Origin: a virus | Lineage: Duplodnaviria; Caudoviricetes | Reading direction: 5' to 3' (one strand) | Length of the DNA: 64,000 nt | Virus record (IMG/VR): IMGVR_UViG_3300031998_000024 | Span: 59,872 to 123,871 of that record | In this document: piece by piece, positions 17,654-27,434 of the stretch | How positions within the stretch are numbered: the first letter of the stretch is position 1 | Layout: the number at the start of each line of letters is the position of its first letter | The notes under the pieces: model-generated | Databases searched by the model: none | What the model was told of the DNA's origin: nothing | What the model saw: the letters and a program-made list of their open reading frames with translations, nothing else | Position numbers and translations under genes: made by a program

Positions 17654-18628
17654 ATGCTTGATAATAGAATTTCTGACGCTGATTTGCGTTCTTTATTGAA
17701 TGTAAAAAAGGAAACGAGAAGTGGGCAATATATAATAGATTTTTGTCCGTTTTGTTCCAAAGCAGAGCATTTTTATATTAACAAGATTACTCAGCGTTGG
17801 GATTGTAAGCGTTGTGGTGAGCAAGGTAATATTTATAAGTTATTAAAACACTTTGATAAGGTTTATCTTTTGGGTGAACCGAGTGTTAAATATCAAGATG
17901 AGATTAAGTCTATAAGAGAAATACAAAGTGTTGAGAATAGCAATGAAATTGCCCAAATAAAAGAATTGCCTGAAATCCGTATGCCAGCTGGATTTCGGGT
18001 TTATTCTTATATTCCTCCATATCTTCAACAACGCGGAATAAATATGGAAGATATAAAGCATTGGCGTTTTGGTTCAACTGCTATTGTTTCAAGATATATA
18101 AATTATGTTTTAGTACCTATTTATGATAATGGAGCAATTAGAGGGTTTATTGGTAGATATGGTAGTAAGAATGTTCCGAGTGATAAATTGCGTTATTCTA
18201 ATAGTTTGAATACTGATTTTTCTGAATTGTTATTTGGGTACGATGATATTGTTGAAAATGAAACAGAAGTGGTTGTAATAACAGAGGGGTTGTTTGATGC
18301 TATTGCGGTTACTAAGAAATTGAATTTATTCTTTGATAATTCTGTTAGGGCGGTTTGTACATTTGGTAAAAAGATTAGTAATGTTCAGATAGCGAAATTA
18401 GTTGCTAAAAAAATCCGTAAGGTGATTTTACTTTATGATTTTGATGCTGTTAAGGATATAAGGAAATATGGTGTTTTGTTAGATGAATATTTTGATACGA
18501 AAATCGCTGTTGCTTTGAATAAAAAAGATATTGACGAATGTAATATTGAAGAAGTTATTGATGTTTTTAAAAACCTTCGTTCAGTTAGGGATTTCAATTC
18601 AAGTATAGCAGAAAAGATAAAACACTAA
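17654..18628 (+). CDS. dnaG: DNA primase (Zn finger + TOPRIM)
   Basis: CPFC..H..WDCKRC; TEGLFDA; YDFD; KDIDE. Confidence 0.9.
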   Translation: MLDNRISDADLRSLLNVKKETRSGQYIIDFCPFCSKAEHFYINKITQRWDCKRCGEQGNIYKLLKHFDKVYLLGEPSVKYQDEIKSIREIQSVENSNEIAQIKELPEIRMPAGFRVYSYIPPYLQQRGINMEDIKHWRFGSTAIVSRYINYVLVPIYDNGAIRGFIGRYGSKNVPSDKLRYSNSLNTDFSELLFGYDDIVENETEVVVITEGLFDAIAVTKKLNLFFDNSVRAVCTFGKKISNVQIAKLVAKKIRKVILLYDFDAVKDIRKYGVLLDEYFDTKIAVALNKKDIDECNIEEVIDVFKNLRSVRDFNSSIAEKIKH

Positions 18629-18667
18629 CATATATAAAATAAATGTATTTGTAAAATTGTTTTGTAT

Positions 18668-19099
18668 ATGACCGATAGTGTAAAAAGTCGTGAACTTTCA
18701 ACCGCTGAATATTTTACTCAAGTTCAAAAAGAGTATTTAATTGCTTGGTTCCGTTCTAAAATTTATTTCAATCCAAAAAATAAGCGTTATTGGCGTAAGG
18801 TGATGTCATTTAAGGCTGAAAAGATTGAACAGATAGCGAAACGGAATAATTTGAATTCAATTCTTAATAGTGAAAAGAAGATGTCTGAGTTTCAAGAATC
18901 TTTATTTGATTCAAATGGTAAGCCGAAATTTGAAATGAATCAAGAGGATTTGAGAAATTATTTTACTATTGGAAACGAATTTTCTTATAACGGTGAAATT
19001 TATACACTTGATTTAGTTAATGGCGATGAATTAGTGCTGTTAGATTCAGGTGGAGAAAAAATTGTTGTCAATAAAGACGATGTTTGCCGAATTATTTGA
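18668..19099 (+). CDS. hypothetical protein
   Basis: ORF. Confidence 0.65.
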   Translation: MTDSVKSRELSTAEYFTQVQKEYLIAWFRSKIYFNPKNKRYWRKVMSFKAEKIEQIAKRNNLNSILNSEKKMSEFQESLFDSNGKPKFEMNQEDLRNYFTIGNEFSYNGEIYTLDLVNGDELVLLDSGGEKIVVNKDDVCRII

Positions 19100-19188
19100 T
19101 GAATTTTTTTATCTTGGTTTGGGTTCAAAACCAATCAAAGTTTAGCAAAATAGAGATTGTTTTGCTATAAAATCGTGAAAAATATTGA

Positions 19189-19276
19189 AAAAATAAAAAA
19201 ATTTCGTCAAAAACCAAAAATTTTTTGGAAAAATATTTTGCCGTATTATTTTTTTTCGTAATTTCGCGGTGTAAAT
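19189..19276 (+). promoter_or_regulatory. repeated host-type promoter cassette, copy 1
   Basis: TTTG (19237)-N18-TAATTTCG with upstream A/T tracts; 19189-19268 identical to 47377-47456. Confidence 0.8.
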
Positions 19277-19303
19277 AGTTACGAATCGTAAAATAAGATT
19301 GCC

Positions 19304-19945
19304 ATGACGAGTGAAAAAAAGATGTCGGATATGCTTTATGAGAGGTACGAATACCTGGCTCATAAGTATGCAAGTAAAATTTTCTCCTATGAAGAATTGG
19401 GGATGGAATACGAAGATTTGTTACAAGAATTTCGTATCAAGATTTACACTTCAATTAAGGCTTATGCCCGTAGGTGGAAACAGTATCGTGAAACGGGTAC
19501 GAATAAACCAGTACCGATTAAGTTTTATCTTGATGCTGCTTGCGGTAATAAAACGAGAGATTTCATGAAGTTGATTTCAAGGGAAAACCATAAGGTTAGA
19601 ATTGATGATATCAACTTTGATTACGGAATCAATCAAGAGAGTAAGGTGAATACATCGCAGAATACCTTTATTGTTAATGGTGTTGATTTATTAGAAGGTT
19701 TGACTGGAAAAGAGAGAATGGTGTTTTCACTTTATTTGCGCGGTTACAACAAAACTTTTCTTAGCAAAGTTTATTATAGCAAGAAATCAGAAAAGAGAGC
19801 AAAAAGAAAAGTGATTGATTCGGGTGATGAACCCTTTACACCACAAGATATTATCGAAATGCAAAAGGCAAAGTTGATAGCGAAATATGGTGCTGAGTTG
19901 AATCAGGCGAATCAAGTTTACACTACTTATGACTTTGAAGACTGA
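19304..19945 (+). CDS. sigma-70-like factor (phage sigma 1)
   Basis: Region 2-like YEYLAHKYA..EYEDLLQE; region 4-like LEGLTGKERMVFSLYLRGY. Confidence 0.65.
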   Translation: MTSEKKMSDMLYERYEYLAHKYASKIFSYEELGMEYEDLLQEFRIKIYTSIKAYARRWKQYRETGTNKPVPIKFYLDAACGNKTRDFMKLISRENHKVRIDDINFDYGINQESKVNTSQNTFIVNGVDLLEGLTGKERMVFSLYLRGYNKTFLSKVYYSKKSEKRAKRKVIDSGDEPFTPQDIIEMQKAKLIAKYGAELNQANQVYTTYDFED

Positions 19946-19986
19946 ATTTAATCAAAATAGTATTAACAACCTAAATTGTAAAAATT

Positions 19987-20964
19987 ATGGCAAAAAAAAT
20001 TGATGAAGCAACTGCTGAAAGATTGGTTGCAATTGGTATCAAGGCTAAGAACGAAGATGAAGCACGCGAAAAGATGCTGAAAATCTTGGCTGAAAACGAC
20101 ATTGACGGCATGGAAGAAGAAGACACTGAGTCTTTGCTTGACATGGTTGAGAGCCTCGTTGACCCTGATGGCGAAATGAGTGAAGAAGAAGAGAACGATG
20201 CTTTGGCGCGTGAAATTTCTGATGATGAAGAGGATGATGATGAGCCGCTTGAGCCTCATGCTGAACCTAAGTCTGCTAAGAAAGCTGAAAAGAAAGCCGA
20301 AAAGAAGGCTGACGCTGAACCTAAGTCCGAAAAGAAAGCCGAAAAGAAGGCTGAAAAGAAAGCCGAAAAGAAGGCTGAGAAGAAAATCGGCAAGCGCGGT
20401 TTGAAACTTGACCCTAAGAACAATAAGGATGACCGCAAGTTCTTCAAGTTCTTGGAAAAGTTTTTCCCAACTGAACAATACGATTATTGCTGGTTGGCAA
20501 TGAACGGCGTCACTATCAAGTATAGGGGTAAAAATAGCAATCATTCAGTCCTTTCACTTGAAGTTTGCACTCAACAGCAGGATGGTAGTATTACCTGTAA
20601 CATGTATCTTCAGACTTTCACCAAGTCGTTGGAGCAATTGGATGAGGCTGGCGTGGAATACGCTATTTGCTGGAATGGAGTGCCGTTTGTTCGCACCGTC
20701 ACCTTTGAAGACATCGAATCAATTATTTCAGACCTCATTGAACACATGGAAGAGTTCGTGAGTAAGATTGACAAGCGTTTGGGCGACAATCGTAAGAAGA
20801 TGGAAAAGAGCCTGGACAAGAATACCAAGGCTGAAAAGAAGTCTGCTAAGAAGGTTGAAGAGCCTGAAGACGATGACGATGAAGAAGAGGATGACGAGGA
20901 GGAGGATGATGAGCCTGAAGAGAAGCCCGCAAAGAAGCAGGTGAAAAAGGGTAGCAAGAAGTAA
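19987..20964 (+). CDS. acidic/AEKK-repeat protein with central globular domain
   Basis: (AEKK)n repeats, poly-D/E tracts. Confidence 0.75.
   Translation: MAKKIDEATAERLVAIGIKAKNEDEAREKMLKILAENDIDGMEEEDTESLLDMVESLVDPDGEMSEEEENDALAREISDDEEDDDEPLEPHAEPKSAKKAEKKAEKKADAEPKSEKKAEKKAEKKAEKKAEKKIGKRGLKLDPKNNKDDRKFFKFLEKFFPTEQYDYCWLAMNGVTIKYRGKNSNHSVLSLEVCTQQQDGSITCNMYLQTFTKSLEQLDEAGVEYAICWNGVPFVRTVTFEDIESIISDLIEHMEEFVSKIDKRLGDNRKKMEKSLDKNTKAEKKSAKKVEEPEDDDDEEEDDEEEDDEPEEKPAKKQVKKGSKK
20274..20384 (+). repeat. 12-nt coding tandem repeat (AEKK)
   Basis: GCYGAAAAGAAR units. Confidence 0.8.
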
Positions 20965-20987
20965 ATCTTGGTTCAATACTTTCCATT

Positions 20988-21023
20988 GTGAGCGGATTCC
21001 AAACGGAGTTCGCTCACTTTTTT
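20988..21023 (+). terminator. intrinsic terminator
   Basis: GTGAGCGGATTCC/GGAGTTCGCTCAC stem + T run. Confidence 0.8.
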
Positions 21024-21068
21024 AATCCATCGTTTTTAAGAAAAGAATTTAATTAAAAAGAAGTAGAT

Positions 21069-22277
21069 ATGATTGAAAAGAATTTAGAAGTTTTTGAGCC
21101 TGAAAATGGGTTTGTTCAAACAGAGAATTTTGCTAAACAGTATCCAAGAATTAACAATTTTATTCTCAATAACCAAGATGGTTGGGATGAAAGTCGTGAT
21201 GGTAAGGTTAGAGAAATTTTGGATTTCAAAACAACGCTGCTTAATCCTTATAAAAGGATGGTTGGTGGACAAAAAAGAAACATTAATGTGTTTTTTCTAC
21301 TTGCTGAAGCGATGTGGATTTTTGCGGGTCATAAGGATGTTTCGTTTCTCACAGCATTCAATAAAAAGATGGGCGATTTTTCGGATGACGGTAATGTATT
21401 CCACGCGCCATACGGATTCCGTTTGCGTCACTGGGGAGTTCGTTCTGAAGACAAATTCGTTGAAGAAAATATGCACATTGCTCAAGGGTATGACCAAATT
21501 TCTGATGCGGTAAAGATTTTTCAAAATAATCCTAATAGCCGTCAGGTTGTTCTTGCTATTTGGAATCCTGATTTTGACCTTGGTACTATTACTAAGGATA
21601 TTCCGTGCAACGATATTGTTATAATGAAAATCCGTAATGGTAAACTTTATACAACTGTTCAGAATCGTAGTAATGATTTACATTGGGGATTGCCTACTAA
21701 TATTTTCCAGTTTGGATTTTTGAGCGAGATTTTGGCTAATGTTCTTGGTGTTACTCTTGGAACGCAAACACATAATTCTCATAGCCTACATATTTATGAT
21801 TGGAATCAGATAGCGTTTACAATGCAATCTGAATACGAAAGCGGTAATCAAACAACGCTTTATGAAATTCCTAATATAGTCGCTATTCCAATGGATATTG
21901 ATTTCGATAATCAGATTGCTGGAAATAGATTGAGGGAGGTTGATATTATGATTGAAAGAATTATATCAAACCTTACCAAAATAATTAATGGCGTAGAGCC
22001 TAATGAAGAGGAGGTAGCAGATACGATTAGTAAGTCAAAATGGTTTACTTGCGTTTATAGGATGCTTGAAATTTATTTGAATTACAAAAAGGATATTGCT
22101 AAGGATTTCAGTGCTGAAGAAAAGAAGGATTGCGCTAAATTTGCCTTGGATTCTATTTACAGCGTTCTTATAAGTAAAGAAATGGAAAATTGGGATATTG
22201 GTACATTAGCGGTTAATTTCTTTGCTCATAGAATAGGCGATGAACCAAAACCAGAAATTTTAATTGGTAAGTTATGA
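21069..22277 (+). CDS. thymidylate-synthase homolog, probable dUMP hydroxymethylase
   Basis: ESRDG, NVFFLLAEAMWIFAG, FSDDG..APYGFR, KDIPCN, NRSNDLHWGLPTN, HSLHIY. Confidence 0.8.
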   Translation: MIEKNLEVFEPENGFVQTENFAKQYPRINNFILNNQDGWDESRDGKVREILDFKTTLLNPYKRMVGGQKRNINVFFLLAEAMWIFAGHKDVSFLTAFNKKMGDFSDDGNVFHAPYGFRLRHWGVRSEDKFVEENMHIAQGYDQISDAVKIFQNNPNSRQVVLAIWNPDFDLGTITKDIPCNDIVIMKIRNGKLYTTVQNRSNDLHWGLPTNIFQFGFLSEILANVLGVTLGTQTHNSHSLHIYDWNQIAFTMQSEYESGNQTTLYEIPNIVAIPMDIDFDNQIAGNRLREVDIMIERIISNLTKIINGVEPNEEEVADTISKSKWFTCVYRMLEIYLNYKKDIAKDFSAEEKKDCAKFALDSIYSVLISKEMENWDIGTLAVNFFAHRIGDEPKPEILIGKL

Positions 22278-23950
22278 TTGACGAAAATCTCAGAAATTGG
22301 GTTTCAGATAACAAAATGATAATATCGGAGTCATCGCAAGGCGATTCCGATATTATTTTGATTGATGGTGTAGGTAAGTTTCTTTATATACATCCATTTG
22401 GCGGTAATATTATTGATGAAGATTTCGGGTTTATAATGTCGGATGAAGAATTTGAATTATGCGACAATAAACAGGTTGATTATATACTATTTGAATTTGG
22501 TGGTAAGTTTTATTATTCACCGCTGAAAGAAGATAGGAGTAAGTACAACGAAATAATTTATAAACCTGAATTCAATGATTTCAAATATCTTGGTAAGTGT
22601 TCTGAAGATTTAGTTATGCCGTTTGTTCATCTTGGTGTTCACGATGAGTATGAGATGATGAATGGTAGCGGTAATGCTAAATTATGGGCTCAAAAGGCTG
22701 CTTTTTTAGGATATAAGGCTTTGGGACTTTCTGATTGTAATACCTTAGCAGGAACACTTGCGTTTCAGGAGGCTTGCGATAAATATAAATTACAACCAGT
22801 TATTGGTGAAACCGTAATTGTTGCTAAAAATTATAATCCCGATAGTTCGGTGATGCCTGAAACATTTGAATTGAAGTTATTCGTTACTAATGATGTCGGT
22901 TGGAAAAATCTTTTATTTATTAGCAAGGAAATAAATGTGAAATACAAGGGTTTTATTCCCGATGAAATACTTTTCCAATACGCTGATGGATTAGTGGCAG
23001 TAATACCACCCGCAAGTCTTTTTAACAACATTAGTAGTGATATAGATTCTACTAATAAATTGATAAAGTTGTATAAGAAACATTTTGTCGATTTATATTA
23101 TCAAATTGATACAGTTGAATACAATTCTAAAACGCTTTTCAAGAAACATCTTTCAGCAATAGATAGATATTTATGCAATTATCGTAAAAAGATAAAGCCG
23201 ATTGTTATTAATGATTCTTATTATCTTGATGCGGAAGAACATGAATTAAAATCTATGTTGAATAAAATTACTGGTAAGGTTAATGCTGAATCTGAAGACC
23301 AGTATTTCAAAAGCGTTGGAGATACGCTTGCTTCATATGACGATTGGTTTGATGATGTAGAGCCTTTATTTGATGCTATTATTGTCGGTATAGAAAACAC
23401 AAATAAATTAGCAGAACAATGTAATTTCCGTATCAACAATTCAGATAGAAAAATCCCTAAGTTTGAAGTTGATGACCCTGAAGCGTTTTTCTTTGATGTT
23501 CTTCAAAAGGGTATAAATGACAAGTTAGTTGGCAAGATTCCTGAAAAGGATATGGAGCAATATATGAAAAGAATAGAGTTTGAATGTTCAATCATTGTTC
23601 CTAATGATTTGTGTTCATATTTACTTATTCTTTGGGATATTATTCAGTGGTGTAAATCTGAGGGATATATGGTTGGTCCAGGTCGTGGTTCTGTTTGTGG
23701 TTCGTTAGTAGCGTATTGTATGGACATTACTCAAGTTGACCCTATTCCGAATGGTTTGTATTTTGAAAGATTTTTGAATATTGCTCGTATAGCAGCACAC
23801 CATAGTTATACATTAACAATGGAAGATGGTTCTGAGTATAAGTTTAATGATGGTGACCGTGTTCCGATAGTTGGCGGAGGTTTTGTTGAAGTTTCTAAGG
23901 AAACGAATTGGGATGATTTAGATATTGATGTTAAGGCAATAGTTTTATAA
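22274..23950 (+). CDS. dnaE: DNA polymerase III alpha, N-terminal half (PHP + start of palm)
   Basis: FVHLGVHDEY, NDSYY, GPGRGSVCGSLVAY, LYFERFLN. Confidence 0.95.
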   Translation: MIDENLRNWVSDNKMIISESSQGDSDIILIDGVGKFLYIHPFGGNIIDEDFGFIMSDEEFELCDNKQVDYILFEFGGKFYYSPLKEDRSKYNEIIYKPEFNDFKYLGKCSEDLVMPFVHLGVHDEYEMMNGSGNAKLWAQKAAFLGYKALGLSDCNTLAGTLAFQEACDKYKLQPVIGETVIVAKNYNPDSSVMPETFELKLFVTNDVGWKNLLFISKEINVKYKGFIPDEILFQYADGLVAVIPPASLFNNISSDIDSTNKLIKLYKKHFVDLYYQIDTVEYNSKTLFKKHLSAIDRYLCNYRKKIKPIVINDSYYLDAEEHELKSMLNKITGKVNAESEDQYFKSVGDTLASYDDWFDDVEPLFDAIIVGIENTNKLAEQCNFRINNSDRKIPKFEVDDPEAFFFDVLQKGINDKLVGKIPEKDMEQYMKRIEFECSIIVPNDLCSYLLILWDIIQWCKSEGYMVGPGRGSVCGSLVAYCMDITQVDPIPNGLYFERFLNIARIAAHHSYTLTMEDGSEYKFNDGDRVPIVGGGFVEVSKETNWDDLDIDVKAIVL

Positions 23951-23961
23951 ACATATTTATC

Positions 23962-24693
23962 ATGAATTTTACTTGTTTTAATATGGAGTGGGAGCCTACC
24001 ATGGAAGGTGGTAGGTTAATACACACAAAACAACCTTGGATGTGGTATGACGCAAGTCAAATTTGGGTTAGTGAAAATGAAATGAAGTTATGGGTTGAGA
24101 AGAAACCTAATACAATACATCATTGGGATGGTAAAACATATAATCCGAAAATTGCGGTTGGAATAGCGAGGTCTGTGAAAACATTCCTTCGCGGTAACTT
24201 TTCAGCAGAAATAATGATGCCAAGCGGTAAAAATCTATGGCCATCGTTTTGGTTAGTTGGAGCAGATAAAGATTGGCCATTATGCGGTGAAATAGATATT
24301 GTAGAATCATGGAGTAATCGTTGCAGTAGTTATTTTAGATTCACTATTCCACAGCCTCCGTATTTAGTGCCATCGTGGAAAACTACTACAAATGTGCATT
24401 GGTCTGAGAATGGTGAATATAAATATACTGGTTCACGGAGTTTGCCGTTAATATTTTCTTTGAAGAATCCAAGTAATACATTTGTTAAATACGAATTGAT
24501 TTGGGAATCGGATAGAATTTTGTTTTTAGTTGATGGTAAAACAATTCGTTGTTATGGTTATGATGTAGCGAAACATTTGAGTAATTCACTGCAGAGAGTT
24601 ATTTTCAATAATTGGGTTCAAGGTGAAGATTGTTCGTTAAAACAACCAATGATTATACGGAATTTTAAATATGAACCATTAGTATGTATTTGA
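23962..24693 (+). CDS. glycoside hydrolase family 16
   Basis: LWPSFWLVG..WPLCGEIDIVE (ExDxxE), YELIW..ILFLVDG. Confidence 0.85.
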   Translation: MNFTCFNMEWEPTMEGGRLIHTKQPWMWYDASQIWVSENEMKLWVEKKPNTIHHWDGKTYNPKIAVGIARSVKTFLRGNFSAEIMMPSGKNLWPSFWLVGADKDWPLCGEIDIVESWSNRCSSYFRFTIPQPPYLVPSWKTTTNVHWSENGEYKYTGSRSLPLIFSLKNPSNTFVKYELIWESDRILFLVDGKTIRCYGYDVAKHLSNSLQRVIFNNWVQGEDCSLKQPMIIRNFKYEPLVCI

Positions 24694-24694
24694 T

Positions 24695-26776
24695 ATGAAA
24701 GTTAGGTCTGTAAAGGTTAAAAAATTCTATCAAGATACACCCGATATAGATGTCGATTTTGAGCCAGTTGCTCGTGACGCTGTGAAGGATTATATTGTTC
24801 GCAAATACGGAAGTGCTTGGTCTTGTAGTGTATCTACTTACACACGTGTGAAGTTGAAAACCGCCATAAAGGATTTTGGTAAGGTTGAGGGATTGCCGTT
24901 TGATTTGACCAATAAGGTTACAAAGGATATTGATGACCAAATTGAATACACTTGGGGTGATTTAATAGAATTTGGTTCAAGGTCTAAAACGCTTTATAAA
25001 TTCATTCAGGAAAATCCTGAAATAATACATTTGACCAAATATGCTTTGATGATACCGAAGGCTGAAAGTATTCACCCTTCTGCTTATATAATAGTACCTA
25101 AACAAAATTCAGATGGAGAGAAAACCGATATTTTCAATCTAATGCCTATGAAGGAAATTGATGGGCTTTTAGTTTGTGAATGGGAGGGTAAGTACACTGA
25201 AAGTTCTTTGTTCTTGAAAGAGGATATTTTAGGACTATCTCAATTGACTAAGATACACAACATCATGAAGTTAATTGAGAAACATTATGGCACAAAAATA
25301 GATGTTACGCAAATTCCGTTTGACGACAAAGAGGTTTTTAAGTTCTTCAAAAGAGGATGGTGTGAAGATGTATTTCAGTTCGGAACAACTGGTTTGATGG
25401 GTTATTGTCGTCAGGTTAAACCAAGTCAATTATCGGATTTAATTGCTATGACCGCTTTATTCAGACCTGGTCCAATGGAGAGTAACGCTCATCAAGATTT
25501 TGCCGATATTAAGAATGGAAGGAAAAAACCTAAATACGATTATGGTATTCAAAATATAACAGAGGAAACATATTCACTTTTGGTGTACCAAGAGCAAATG
25601 ATGTCTATCATTCACCAGTTAGGAGGGTTATCGCTTATTGATGCTGAAAATGCGAGAAAATACATCAAGAAAAAGGCTCATAAGGAATTGAATGAGTTGG
25701 GTGATAGATTTATAGCAGGTGCTATTAGCAATGGATGTCCTGAAAAAGAGGCTAAGAAGATTTGGGATAAGATGAACGCTTTTAGTTCTTACAGTTTCAA
25801 TAAGAGTCATGCTGCTGCTTATAGTTATATTTCATATTGGTCAATGTGGTTTAAGGTTAATTATCCGCTTGAATTTTGGACTGTTTCTTTGAGCGAAAGT
25901 AAGGAAACTGAAATACCATATAGATTAGCTGAAATGAAAAAGGCTGGAGTTGAGGTTGAAGTAAGACCGCCTGATGTTAATTATTCAACCGATTATTTCA
26001 CTTGTGACCCCAAGGAGCAACGAATATTCTTCAGTTTGAATAAGATTAAGGGTGTTGGTGATGTAGCGGTTGCTTCATTATTGAAAGAGCGTAACGAACA
26101 TGGTCAGTTTTTTGATTTCGATGAGTTTCTTTCAAGAGTTCCTGGTAAGGTGAATAAGACTGTTATCAAGGGTTTGATAGTTGGCGGAGCGTTTGATTTA
26201 TTGTGTGATATAAAACAACCGCGTGATAGAAAGAAATTATTAGAGCGTTATTTGATTGATATCAAAAAAGATTCTGAACTACCTGAGCCGTATAATTCAC
26301 CCGATTCTTTGACTAATGCATTTTGGATTCAAGAGCAAAAGCGTTTGACTGGTTTTGGTGAAATTGATTACGAAAACTATATAAAGGATTTGATTCCAAA
26401 TAAGCGGTTTGTAAGTCTTTATGTAGATGAAAACGAATTTGAAAGAGTTCCTGAAAAGAAGGAGGTTGTACTGGCTGGTAAGTTTTTGTTTTATCGTGAA
26501 AGTAATACTAAGAATGGTGTTATGGGTACAATACAACTTGATTGTAATAATACCATTATTAATTGCACTATTTGGCCTGATATTTGGCAACTTTATAGGG
26601 AAGAAATTGAAGATTACAAGGGTAGGATAATAGCATTAAACGGATTCGCTCAGAAGGACAAGTTCAGAAATGAAAAGCGTTTATTTTCAAATGATAGAAC
26701 AAAAATTTATGTTATTAGTGAGAGTAAGACAGCGTTAAATAGATTACAAGAATGGCGTAATTCAAAAAAGATTTAA
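24695..26776 (+). CDS. dnaE: DNA polymerase III alpha, C-terminal half
   Basis: PDIDVDF, KEDILGL, VFQF, ALFRPGP, VYQEQ, FNKSHA, PPDVN, IKGVG, OB fold. Confidence 0.95.
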   Translation: MKVRSVKVKKFYQDTPDIDVDFEPVARDAVKDYIVRKYGSAWSCSVSTYTRVKLKTAIKDFGKVEGLPFDLTNKVTKDIDDQIEYTWGDLIEFGSRSKTLYKFIQENPEIIHLTKYALMIPKAESIHPSAYIIVPKQNSDGEKTDIFNLMPMKEIDGLLVCEWEGKYTESSLFLKEDILGLSQLTKIHNIMKLIEKHYGTKIDVTQIPFDDKEVFKFFKRGWCEDVFQFGTTGLMGYCRQVKPSQLSDLIAMTALFRPGPMESNAHQDFADIKNGRKKPKYDYGIQNITEETYSLLVYQEQMMSIIHQLGGLSLIDAENARKYIKKKAHKELNELGDRFIAGAISNGCPEKEAKKIWDKMNAFSSYSFNKSHAAAYSYISYWSMWFKVNYPLEFWTVSLSESKETEIPYRLAEMKKAGVEVEVRPPDVNYSTDYFTCDPKEQRIFFSLNKIKGVGDVAVASLLKERNEHGQFFDFDEFLSRVPGKVNKTVIKGLIVGGAFDLLCDIKQPRDRKKLLERYLIDIKKDSELPEPYNSPDSLTNAFWIQEQKRLTGFGEIDYENYIKDLIPNKRFVSLYVDENEFERVPEKKEVVLAGKFLFYRESNTKNGVMGTIQLDCNNTIINCTIWPDIWQLYREEIEDYKGRIIALNGFAQKDKFRNEKRLFSNDRTKIYVISESKTALNRLQEWRNSKKI

Positions 26777-26780
26777 TATT

Positions 26781-27434
26781 ATGATTGAAAAAATTGTAAA
26801 TGGTAGTTATCTAAAAAGGATTGATAACATTATTCAGTGGCAGGAGCGCGATGTGTTTAACAAAGAGAGTGTTTCTCAGCATTCGTACAAAGTGAGCGTT
26901 TTTGTTAGGATTTTATTGGAAGATATTTTCAATAATCCTGATTGTAGCAAGAATTTTGAAATTCAAAATTTCAAATTAGATTGCGTAACTCATGCGATGT
27001 TTCATGATTGGGATGAGGCGATTTTTATGCGTGATTTATCTCATGCAATTAAGTATAATGATTTCAACGGCAATCAAATTCGTCAGGTTATTGATGATTA
27101 TGTGAAACACGAATTTGTAAAAGAGTTCGATACCTATCAGGATACATGCGCTTATAAAGTGTTAGCACCAGCGGTAGTTTGTTTGAATCCTTGCGTTAAA
27201 AAGGTTGTTAAGTTAGGAGATTGGCTTGCTTTACTTTTTTATTGCAGAAGGGAAATAGCATTAGAAAATGCGAATTTTGAAAAAACATATATGTATTGCC
27301 GCCACAGTGTTATTAAAGCAGCGCAAGATGTTGTTGAAGTTATAGACCAAAGATTTGGTATTGATGCGAGTAATTTAATTGAAACTATACAAACAATTCT
27401 AAAAAGTTCTGTTTATGGAGAAAATGACTATTGA
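26781..27434 (+). CDS. HD-domain 5'-deoxynucleotidase (YfbR-like)
   Basis: ESVSQHSY, MFHDWDE..RDL, VVKLGD. Confidence 0.8.
   Translation: MIEKIVNGSYLKRIDNIIQWQERDVFNKESVSQHSYKVSVFVRILLEDIFNNPDCSKNFEIQNFKLDCVTHAMFHDWDEAIFMRDLSHAIKYNDFNGNQIRQVIDDYVKHEFVKEFDTYQDTCAYKVLAPAVVCLNPCVKKVVKLGDWLALLFYCRREIALENANFEKTYMYCRHSVIKAAQDVVEVIDQRFGIDASNLIETIQTILKSSVYGENDY

Noticed and set aside
20274-20384. CRISPR-like repeat array
   Set aside because: In-frame AEKK coding repeats without unique spacers; no cas genes in the window.
19963-20976. Long minus-strand ORFs opposite low-complexity genes (also 28752-29443, 39664-41163)
   Set aside because: Antisense artefacts of biased codon usage in the plus-strand genes.
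23951-24694. Group I/II intron splitting dnaE
   Set aside because: The gap is filled by a GH16 ORF with 11-nt and 1-nt spacers, leaving no room for a ribozyme core; each half has its own start and stop.
23804-24736. Active trans-splicing split intein
   Set aside because: No block A nucleophile motif, TxxH or terminal Asn; kept only as a degenerate relic.
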